Shown here: piece after piece, positions 6,663-14,641 of the stretch
How the letters are laid out: the number at the start of each line of letters is the position of its first letter
Position numbering within the stretch: position 1 is the stretch's first letter
Origin: a virus
Taxonomy: Duplodnaviria; Caudoviricetes
Reading direction: 5' to 3' (one strand)
DNA length: 24,554 nt
Virus record (IMG/VR): IMGVR_UViG_3300017902_000260
Coordinates: 1 to 24,554 of that record
Made by a program: the position numbers and the translations under genes
The notes under the pieces: model-generated
Told to the model about the DNA's origin: nothing
Databases searched by the model: none
What the model saw: only the letters and a program-made list of their open reading frames with translations

Positions 6663-8526
6663 GGACTACCTTGGTATTCAAATAGACTACGCCAAGGAGG
6701 AAAATTTAAGTGATTTCTCCTTGGACACATTGAAGGACAGATACTTCTGGAAGGAGGAAAAATATGCTCAACAGGCTTTGGCTAGGGCTTCTGTATACTG
6801 TGCAACTTATCAAGGAGTTGTTGACTACGATCTTGCACAGCGACTTTATAACTACTCAAGTTCGCATTGGTTCAGTTATAGCACTCCTATCCTTAGCAAC
6901 GCAGGAACGAGCCGTGGTTTACCTATCTCATGTTTTCTTAATCATGTTCCTGACTCAAGGACTGGTTTATCTGCTCACTACGATGAGAACATATGGCTCG
7001 CAAGTGGAGGTGGAGGCTTGGGTGGATGTTGGAGTAGTGTTAGAAGCAATGGTGTTCCTACTTCTAACGGCAGTGAATCTACTGGTAGCATACCATTTAT
7101 GCATATAGTTGACTCACAGATGCTGGCCTTTAACCAAGGCGTAACCAGAAGAGGTTCCTACGCTGCCTACATGGACATTAGCCATCCTGAGATAGAAGAG
7201 TTTGTAGCTATGCGTAAGAGTACTGGAGGAGACTTAAACCGTAAGTGTCTTAACCTACACAACGCAGTAACAATAACGGACTCATTCTTGGACGCAGTTA
7301 AGGAGGACTCGTTATGGAGACTAATAGATCCTAAGTCCAAGGAAGCAGTTAAAACTGTGTCCGCTAGGGATCTTTGGTGGTCTTTGATACACACCAGAGC
7401 GGAGACAGGTGAGCCGTACATTGTTAACATTGACAGGTGTAATGAAGCATTGCCTGAACAACAAAAGAAATTAGGGTTGGAGATTACTCAGTCCAACCTG
7501 TGTTCAGAAATAACCTTACCAACCAACGAAGAGAGAACCGCTGTTTGTTGCTTGTCAAGTGTTAACCTAGAATACTTTGACGAATGGAAGGACGAAGAAC
7601 TGTTTATTAGTGACCTTATAACCATGCTGGACAACGTACTGGAGCATTTTATTGGTCATGCAGTAGGAGACACTAGTAAGCTTAAAACTAACAATATGAA
7701 CTTTGAGAGGTTTAGCAGTTATGTTAAAGAATCCGCTAAAGGGTTTGCTAAGTCAGCTTATTCAGCTTACAGAGAACGCGCTGTTGGACTTGGCGCGATG
7801 GGGTTTCACGCTTATCTACAGCGCAACGGAATTCCTTTTGAAGGAATGTACGCCTCAAGTTTTAACAACAGATCGTTTTCTCATATTAAGGAGAGAGCCA
7901 CAGCAGCTAGTGAAGCTCTGGCTCAAAGCCGTGGGGAGTCTCCTGATATGGTGGGTTCTAATCGTCGTAATAGTTGTCTTCTCGCTGTTGCTCCTAATGC
8001 TTCTTCTAGCATTATTTGTGGTCAGACTTCTCCTAGTATTGAGCCAATCCGCGCTAATGTTTTTACGCACAAGACTCTTACCGGAAGCTACCAAGTCAGG
8101 AACAAGTATCTCCAAGCTCTTCTTCAAGAAAAAGGATTAGACAATGAAAAAACTTGGAAGGACATTGCGGCTGCTGAAGGCTCTGTACAGAATATTGAGG
8201 GACTCAGCGAAGAAGAAAAGGAAATATTTAAGACTGCTCCTGAGATAAACCAGTTGTGGGTCATTGAACATGCACATCACAGACAGAAGTACATTTGTCA
8301 GAGTCAGTCAGTTAACCTGTTCTTTGCTCCTCCTAAGGCTACTGAGCCACAGGAGGTACATGACGAATACCTAGAGTACGTTAACAGTGTGCACTGGATT
8401 GGTGCAAGAAGATTAAAGTCCATGTACTACCTGAGATCCAATGCAGCTAGGAACTCTGAAAATGTCAACATAAAAATACCAAGAATTAACCTAGAGGACG
8501 TGGAGTGTTTGGCCTGTGAAGGATAA
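6646..8526 (+). CDS. nrdA: ribonucleotide reductase class Ia alpha subunit, no ATP cone
   Basis: PISCF, QSNLCSEI, CCLSS, APNASSS, SQSVN, MYYLR and C-terminal CLAC redox pair. Confidence 0.96.
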   Translation: MKRMIEDYLGIQIDYAKEENLSDFSLDTLKDRYFWKEEKYAQQALARASVYCATYQGVVDYDLAQRLYNYSSSHWFSYSTPILSNAGTSRGLPISCFLNHVPDSRTGLSAHYDENIWLASGGGGLGGCWSSVRSNGVPTSNGSESTGSIPFMHIVDSQMLAFNQGVTRRGSYAAYMDISHPEIEEFVAMRKSTGGDLNRKCLNLHNAVTITDSFLDAVKEDSLWRLIDPKSKEAVKTVSARDLWWSLIHTRAETGEPYIVNIDRCNEALPEQQKKLGLEITQSNLCSEITLPTNEERTAVCCLSSVNLEYFDEWKDEELFISDLITMLDNVLEHFIGHAVGDTSKLKTNNMNFERFSSYVKESAKGFAKSAYSAYRERAVGLGAMGFHAYLQRNGIPFEGMYASSFNNRSFSHIKERATAASEALAQSRGESPDMVGSNRRNSCLLAVAPNASSSIICGQTSPSIEPIRANVFTHKTLTGSYQVRNKYLQALLQEKGLDNEKTWKDIAAAEGSVQNIEGLSEEEKEIFKTAPEINQLWVIEHAHHRQKYICQSQSVNLFFAPPKATEPQEVHDEYLEYVNSVHWIGARRLKSMYYLRSNAARNSENVNIKIPRINLEDVECLACEG

Positions 8527-8701
8527 GATATTTGAACATAAACTACAGGAAGTGGTAAAAAAGTACGACATGTTGGAAGAAGAAAAAAGATTGGAGTTAA
8601 GGATATACAAAGCCAGATGGGTGTGGTATCATACTATACTTGCAGCGGAGTTAGGTTTAGTAGTTTATTTATTATGGGAAATTAGTAACAAACTAGGATA
8701 A
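8516..8701 (+). CDS. small protein with one C-terminal transmembrane segment, 61 aa
   Basis: Hydrophobic stretch TILAAELGLVVYLLW; GTG start overlapping the end of nrdA. Confidence 0.6.
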   Translation: MKDKIFEHKLQEVVKKYDMLEEEKRLELRIYKARWVWYHTILAAELGLVVYLLWEISNKLG

Positions 8702-8703
8702 CA

Positions 8704-9027
8704 ATGGTTTTAAAACAAAAAGATTTTTCAAACATAAGTCAAAAAGAGTTAGCTAATTCTAAAAAAATATTTAAAAGTGAAACTCCTAAACATGATTTGT
8801 CTTGGTACATTAAATGGGCTAGTTCAATTTTAATTATTGCAGCAATACTGGTTAGATCCGCTGGAATTAGTCCCTTAACTGATTTATCACTATCATTTTT
8901 AGGTTGTCTTGGTTGGTTAGTAGTAGGGCTTTTGTGGAAGGACAGAGCTTTACTAATTCTTAATTCTGTGTGCTGTTCAATACTAGCTACTGGAATACTT
9001 AATTACATTGTGGAGAACTATATATGA
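8704..9027 (+). CDS. three-TM membrane protein, DUF6552-like
   Basis: Three hydrophobic helices; KWASS and GWLVVGLLWKDRALLILN motifs (family recalled from memory). Confidence 0.65.
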   Translation: MVLKQKDFSNISQKELANSKKIFKSETPKHDLSWYIKWASSILIIAAILVRSAGISPLTDLSLSFLGCLGWLVVGLLWKDRALLILNSVCCSILATGILNYIVENYI

Positions 9028-9173
9028 GCATTAAAGACGCTAAGTACTACATAAGCGAAACCAAGGAGTTTGTCAGTTACGATGAGTTAATGTCAAATGA
9101 CTATGAGCTAATAGATTCTACAGGGTGGAGAACTCACTTTGATAATCTTAGTCCTTACGACATTAATCTTTAG
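9024..9173 (+). CDS. 49-aa hypothetical protein (MSIKDAKYYISETKEFVSYDELM...)
   Basis: Translated by hand. GGAG SD, ATGA overlap with the previous stop, fills the gap to nrdB. Confidence 0.6.
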   Translation: MSIKDAKYYISETKEFVSYDELMSNDYELIDSTGWRTHFDNLSPYDINL

Positions 9174-9194
9174 AATAAAGTAGGAGACAATAAA

Positions 9195-10172
9195 TTGAGC
9201 TTAACTGGAACTAGGGACTACTATAAACCCTTTGACCATCCTTGGATGTTTGACTACTACGTGCAACAGAACCAGATGCACTGGTTTCCTGAGGACGTAC
9301 CGCTACACAACGACGTTAAGGATTGGCAAGACTTAGAGGAACATGAGAAGAACTTGTTGACTCAGATCTTCAGACTGTTTACTCAGTCCGACGTGGACGT
9401 TAGTACAGGCTATGTTGATAGGTACATGCGTATCTTTAAGAAGCCTGAGGCACGTATGATGATGGGTGCGTTTAACAACATGGAATCTATACATCAACAC
9501 GCCTACAGTCTGCTACTGGACACTGTGGGCATGCCTGAGATTGAGTACAAGGCTTTCTCAGAGTACACTTCCATGGCAGACAAGCATGAGTACGTTAACA
9601 ACATTAAAGTGTCCAACAGGGACAGGAAAAGCATAGCCAAGGCTCTGGCTGTTTACTCTGGGTTTACTGAGGGTCTACAGTTATTCTCCAGCTTCATTAT
9701 TCTGCTTAACTTCCCTAGATTTGGACGTATGAAGGGTATGGGTCAGATAATAACGTACAGCATACGTGATGAGTCTTTGCACGTAGAAGCCATGACTAGG
9801 TTATTTAGGGAGTACATACAGGAAAACATAGACCTCTGGACTGACGACTTTAAGAAAGAAATCTATCAGGCCTGTAGGGACATGGTTGACCTAGAGGACA
9901 GATTCCTTAGCCTAGTGTTTCAGATGGGTAACATAGAAGGATTGACCAAGAGGGAAATGCAGCAGTACATCAGGTACATAGCGGACAGGAGGTTGCTACA
10001 GTTAGGACTGAAACCTAACTACAAGGTTAAGGACAATCCTTTGGAGTGGCTTGACACAGTGTTGGGAGTAGAACACCAGAACTTCTTTGAAGGTAGATCC
10101 ACGTCCTACATGAAGGCAGGACTCAGGGGTAACATGGACAAAGTAAACTTTATGGAGGTGATAGCAGAATGA
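9195..10172 (+). CDS. nrdB: ribonucleotide reductase class Ia beta subunit
   Basis: Di-metal ligands in QSDVDV, ESIH, TEG and DESLH; radical Tyr in HAYS; NFFE motif; AGGAG SD with TTG start. Confidence 0.96.
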   Translation: MSLTGTRDYYKPFDHPWMFDYYVQQNQMHWFPEDVPLHNDVKDWQDLEEHEKNLLTQIFRLFTQSDVDVSTGYVDRYMRIFKKPEARMMMGAFNNMESIHQHAYSLLLDTVGMPEIEYKAFSEYTSMADKHEYVNNIKVSNRDRKSIAKALAVYSGFTEGLQLFSSFIILLNFPRFGRMKGMGQIITYSIRDESLHVEAMTRLFREYIQENIDLWTDDFKKEIYQACRDMVDLEDRFLSLVFQMGNIEGLTKREMQQYIRYIADRRLLQLGLKPNYKVKDNPLEWLDTVLGVEHQNFFEGRSTSYMKAGLRGNMDKVNFMEVIAE

Positions 10173-10450
10173 GTAACGTAACCAGACTAAACGGTAACGG
10201 TTCTAACTTTAGGGACGACATTATCAAGGCACTACGCAATGAGATTTTGTCAGGACTTGAGAAACATAGGATGAACGTGGAGGTAATGCTTAAAAATCCT
10301 ACCGCTCTTCCAGATCACACTTCCTTTACTGACGCTGTTAAAGAAGAGTTAAAGTACATTGGGGAGTTTGGCGATCTCCTAAGCGCACTGGAATACTGTG
10401 AGGTGGATGAGTCTCAGCAGGGGAAAAATGGGGGTAACACAGAAGACTAG
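10169..10450 (+). CDS. hypothetical protein, 93 aa, last gene of the + arm
   Basis: GGAGGT SD; ATGA overlap with the nrdB stop. Confidence 0.75.
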   Translation: MSNVTRLNGNGSNFRDDIIKALRNEILSGLEKHRMNVEVMLKNPTALPDHTSFTDAVKEELKYIGEFGDLLSALEYCEVDESQQGKNGGNTED

Positions 10451-11015
10451 CCAAGTACTTTTTTATCTTTGTGATGTATCTGTGCGCTGCCTTTAGATGT
10501 TGATTGTACAGTCCAACATTATAGGCTTTCAGAGCGCACAGGAGGCTCCCTAAGCAACGATCCTTGAAGTAGGCTAACACCATAGCTCCACAGTGTACAT
10601 TAGCCTCAGGATCGCTTAGGAGGGCTTCCGTCATACCACAGTACTCAGACCAATACTCAGGCCTAACCTGTGCAGGACCAACCGCACCAACATGAGACAC
10701 TACATGTTTTCTAAAGGAGCTTTCAGTGATTAAAAGACTAGCTAAAACTTCCGGGTGGATCTTCTGGCGTTCAGAAGCTTCCAATATCCAACCAGAGAAC
10801 TCAGACGCTACTTTAGGTTTAACACCAAAGCCTTTAACCAGACGATCACTAAAGTGGTTTGTCAAGGTTTCATTGGTTGCTCTGGTTGTTATCTTGGGTA
10901 GCTGGAGTTCCGAACTAATGTAGGTTTCCGAATATTTACCAATGTCAAGCGTTATTAACCCTAAAGTTAACGTGCAGGAAACCGCTAGTGCTTGTACACC
11001 AGATAGGATTTTCAT
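10338..11015 (-). CDS. lytic transglycosylase (SLT domain) with hydrophobic N-terminus
   Basis: ITESSF (catalytic Glu), GAVGPAQV, NVHCGAMVL and ALKAYNVG motifs. Confidence 0.88.
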   Translation of the reverse strand: MKILSGVQALAVSCTLTLGLITLDIGKYSETYISSELQLPKITTRATNETLTNHFSDRLVKGFGVKPKVASEFSGWILEASERQKIHPEVLASLLITESSFRKHVVSHVGAVGPAQVRPEYWSEYCGMTEALLSDPEANVHCGAMVLAYFKDRCLGSLLCALKAYNVGLYNQHLKAAHRYITKIKKYLASLLCYPHFSPAETHPPHSIPVRLGDRQTPQCTLTLL

Positions 11016-11048
11016 GGGGGTAGGGGGAAAGTTAGGAGGGGTAAAGAG

Positions 11049-13016
11049 CTAGTAGTTTTGCTCTTCTTGTTCCGCGCCTAGAGTGGATTGAGCAGCACCT
11101 GTTAACATACCTGTCCTCCTTCCTACAGTTAAGTAGTCTTTCATATTAGCTTTAGGATCTATTTTACCTAATGCTCTCATATGGTAAGTTACTGGATCTT
11201 CTATGGAAATAAGTTCGCCTTGTTTGTTGTATTCTCTTTTTCTTTCAATACCATATTTTTTTTCAAATTTATTTGCAGCTTCTTCAGTTTTCTTTTGTAT
11301 TTTTTCTTTGTTTAAATTATCAGTTTTATCAAAAACTGTATATTTATTTTTTGTGTTGTTAACTTGAGTTTTAAATCTTTTCTTAGCTGATTCTTTATTT
11401 TTTATTTCAGTTAAAAGTTTTTTGTTTTCTTTTTCCCATTCTTTATATTTTTTTGTATTTTTACCAACTTTATTTCCTTCTGAAGTTTTAGGAACTGGAG
11501 TTAATTCTTTGTTTAACTCAGTTATTTTATTGTCAATATTTTTAATTTGTTTTTCTAAATTATTTACTTTTTTTCTAAGAGGAGCGTCTTCAGCATGTTT
11601 TTTAAAATTAGATCTTTGAGTAGGGGATACAGCAATTAATCCTTTGCCTCCTAATGGATTAATTCCAAACATATCATGTTGATCGCTAATAGTGGTAAAT
11701 ACATCTCCAGTTTCAGGATTAATAGAAATTATGTTATTAACGCCACCTAACTCTTTTTCTCTGGAACCATGACTGTCACTTATATGTAAAAAGCCATCAT
11801 TGTCGTCTGTTAGGTTGTATCTTTTATTTTCTCCTGCTTTTTCTAATACTCCATTTAAATAACTGTAGTAAGCTTTAATGTCGTTTTTATTTAATTTAGC
11901 AACGTCTTTTTTAGACCATGCAGATAAACCTTTTGCTACTACATTATCTTTAGAATCTTTTTTAGAAGCTAAAGTAACTTTATCTTGATCCAAAGCTTTT
12001 AGCGCAGTTGTTCTAGGAACTGCTGAAGATTGCCCTAATTTAGCTTCATAACCTAAACCTGAAGTTTTTCCTTCAGGATTTTTTATTTTTATATCAGTAT
12101 TGTCTTTGTTAAATTTCCAAACTTTTGGATTATAGATATGTCTTAAATGTTTGTTTTTTACTGCGTCAGGAACGTCATAACCTATGTTAACACCTTTGGA
12201 AAATAACTGTCTGGATACTTCCGCTGTATTGTTTGCTTTCACAACAGCTAATTCGTCGGCTACTCCTAATGGTCCTTCTCCTATAGCAGTCGTTCCCGGT
12301 TTAGCTCCTCTTTGTTGAGCTATAGATTCAGCAGTAAATGCTGCTCCTATCCTATCTCCTCTAGGTCTTTCTGTTAAATTTCCTTTTGAATCATATTGTT
12401 TTGTTTCTGAAATATCTTTAATTTTTCCTTGAGGCAAACCTGTTGTTCTTTCATATGCAATAGCTTTGGGATTAAAAGTATTTTTAATTGAAGTAGGAAA
12501 AGATTCTAAAAATCCTTTAGCTCCTACAAAACCTTTACTAGCTTTTCCAACTCCCGGTCCGTAAAAACCCTCAAGCAAAGTTTTTACTTCAGCAGCAGGT
12601 CTATTTGCTGCTTCTTTAACAATTCTAGCTATGGGAATAACACCAGCTACGTCTACAGCAGCCATTACGTTTTCAGCAGCCCTTGGGTTTTCCTGTATGT
12701 ATTGTGCTACTGCTTGTCCTGCATCAGTTTCAGAAAGATATGCTCCTACGTCCCGAAGGCCTTCCCCTACTGCACCGCTAAACAAAGCTTCGTCCGTTGC
12801 TGATAGTGCCGCACCTGCTGCGTCTGAAAATGGTGTAAAAGCTAAATTTACGTGACCAGCTACATTTCTAATTCCTCTTTCCCAATCAGTTATTTCACCA
12901 GCTTCAAATTGTTCCTGTGTTTTAGTTCTATCGTCGTACCACTTATCACCAATGTTAGAAACATATTCTTTAGCTTTCTTAACTCTATTAAGTATATTTT
13001 GTTCTATTGAAGACAT
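11049..13016 (-). CDS. large putative internal virion/ejection-associated protein, 655 aa
   Basis: Last of the post-tail cluster, TAATG-coupled to the upstream gene; its N-terminus resembles part of the 541-aa neighbour. Confidence 0.55.
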   Translation of the reverse strand: MSSIEQNILNRVKKAKEYVSNIGDKWYDDRTKTQEQFEAGEITDWERGIRNVAGHVNLAFTPFSDAAGAALSATDEALFSGAVGEGLRDVGAYLSETDAGQAVAQYIQENPRAAENVMAAVDVAGVIPIARIVKEAANRPAAEVKTLLEGFYGPGVGKASKGFVGAKGFLESFPTSIKNTFNPKAIAYERTTGLPQGKIKDISETKQYDSKGNLTERPRGDRIGAAFTAESIAQQRGAKPGTTAIGEGPLGVADELAVVKANNTAEVSRQLFSKGVNIGYDVPDAVKNKHLRHIYNPKVWKFNKDNTDIKIKNPEGKTSGLGYEAKLGQSSAVPRTTALKALDQDKVTLASKKDSKDNVVAKGLSAWSKKDVAKLNKNDIKAYYSYLNGVLEKAGENKRYNLTDDNDGFLHISDSHGSREKELGGVNNIISINPETGDVFTTISDQHDMFGINPLGGKGLIAVSPTQRSNFKKHAEDAPLRKKVNNLEKQIKNIDNKITELNKELTPVPKTSEGNKVGKNTKKYKEWEKENKKLLTEIKNKESAKKRFKTQVNNTKNKYTVFDKTDNLNKEKIQKKTEEAANKFEKKYGIERKREYNKQGELISIEDPVTYHMRALGKIDPKANMKDYLTVGRRTGMLTGAAQSTLGAEQEEQNY

Positions 13017-14641
13017 TATTCTTTTTCTTCTTCTACTGGAGATTCGTTAAGTATAGAAAGTAAAACTAACCTGTCCGCTTTTATCTGTTCAGCTACGTCG
13101 TCCATACCTCTTTTACCAGCTTCCTTTATTGCTGCTCCAGAATCTTTAATCATGTTGTACACTAAAGCTCTGGCTGGTTTTGACATAGCAATTTTACCAG
13201 CACTAAAAACAGTACCAACTACCGCTGCTGTTGTTAATAAAGGCCAGAACTGGTAAATAGCGTACCCTGCTGCACCTGCTGTTGCTGCTTGTGCTAACGC
13301 TGTTTTAGGTACAAACTGTCCAATATTTTCATGGAATCTAGAAAGAATTGTTCGTCCTTCTGAATTTCTTTTTTTAGTTAATATTTCATCAGCTTGAAAC
13401 AATGCAGATTGTTTTCTTAAACTTTCCTTTACGTCTACATTGGTTGCATTTTTATCTATAATATCATTTATAGTTTTACCTATAGCTTTTCTAGCTAATT
13501 CTGTAGCTCCTAATTCAGAAGGTTCTAATATTGTTTTTTGTTCACCTATAAATTTATCTAAAGATTTTCTTGCTTGTAATAAAGAAACTAAAGAACCATC
13601 TCCTTCTTGTATTAACCTAACTGCTTCAGAAAAAACTTTTTCCATTGTTTTAGCAGGGTTACCTTTTAACAACCTTTGAGTGTCTAGTATACTTTGAGCA
13701 GCAGTGTCTAATTGTCTAATAACATTAGCTTTATCTAAAACTACAGTTTCTCCTGCTAGCCTAGACTGAAGAAAAGAACCTTCTCTTTCAATAGCTTCCT
13801 GTACTTTTTTAGCGTTCCAAGTATACGTTTTACTAGGATCAATATCTTTACCTTCAGTTAGTATATCTATTGTTTCTATAGTATAAGGATTTTTTGGATT
13901 GTAAGTAACTTTTTGAGTAAGATCAGTAACGTCCAAATCTTTTATGTCTATTTTAGTTTCAGGATCTAACATAGCAGTAATTTTATCTCTACGTTCTCCT
14001 TTAATTTTAGCTCTTACTCCTTTGGATAAGTTACCCCCTGTAGTTTCCAGTGTTGTTCCTGCTTTAGTAATTACACCTTTAGGTCCGGGTGCTGCTATAA
14101 TTCCAATGTTAAAATAAGCTTCTAATAATTCCGCTGTGTCTTCATTTTCCTGAGAAGAATTTTTCCACTTTTCGTATTCTTCCATACTTTCCGATGCAAG
14201 CCTTAGTCCTATTCTTCCTGCTTCACTGTTTGCTAACCATTGTCCAGCGTCTTCAACTGCTGCAACCATAGCGTCAGGAGTAATTGCTTCTAGACCAGTA
14301 AGTATTGCATCTCCTGCTATTTCTCCTGCTCCCCCAACTATGTCACCAGTTACTCTAATTAGTTTTGCACTTAACGATAATTTATCGTCTTCTATACCAA
14401 AACTAGGCCTTTCTAAAGTTTCTCGAATACTGCTTGTTCTGCTTTCAAGAACATCTCCACTTCGTTGGAGTAAAGTGCTTTGTGGTTCTAAATTAGCAGC
14501 AGGGTCTGGAACAGGAGTTACAGAAGATGATGGGGGATAAAGTCTTTCTAATTCGTCAGCCAACTCGTTAGCTGCACTTATATCTCCAGCAGTATTAGCT
14601 TTGTTTATAGCGTCAATAAATTGTTCTTTAGTGTAATTCAT
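13016..14641 (-). CDS. putative ejection (internal virion) protein, 541 aa
   Basis: Helical Ala-rich composition, N-terminal AGDISAANELA helix pair, C-terminal hydrophobic segment, synteny. Confidence 0.6.
   Translation of the reverse strand: MNYTKEQFIDAINKANTAGDISAANELADELERLYPPSSSVTPVPDPAANLEPQSTLLQRSGDVLESRTSSIRETLERPSFGIEDDKLSLSAKLIRVTGDIVGGAGEIAGDAILTGLEAITPDAMVAAVEDAGQWLANSEAGRIGLRLASESMEEYEKWKNSSQENEDTAELLEAYFNIGIIAAPGPKGVITKAGTTLETTGGNLSKGVRAKIKGERRDKITAMLDPETKIDIKDLDVTDLTQKVTYNPKNPYTIETIDILTEGKDIDPSKTYTWNAKKVQEAIEREGSFLQSRLAGETVVLDKANVIRQLDTAAQSILDTQRLLKGNPAKTMEKVFSEAVRLIQEGDGSLVSLLQARKSLDKFIGEQKTILEPSELGATELARKAIGKTINDIIDKNATNVDVKESLRKQSALFQADEILTKKRNSEGRTILSRFHENIGQFVPKTALAQAATAGAAGYAIYQFWPLLTTAAVVGTVFSAGKIAMSKPARALVYNMIKDSGAAIKEAGKRGMDDVAEQIKADRLVLLSILNESPVEEEKE

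Noticed and set aside
6764-8140. Alternate-frame + ORFs inside nrdA (6764-7108, 7703-8140) and polA (4359-4607)
   Set aside because: No motifs or convincing SD; explained by locally T-ending codons in the real frame.
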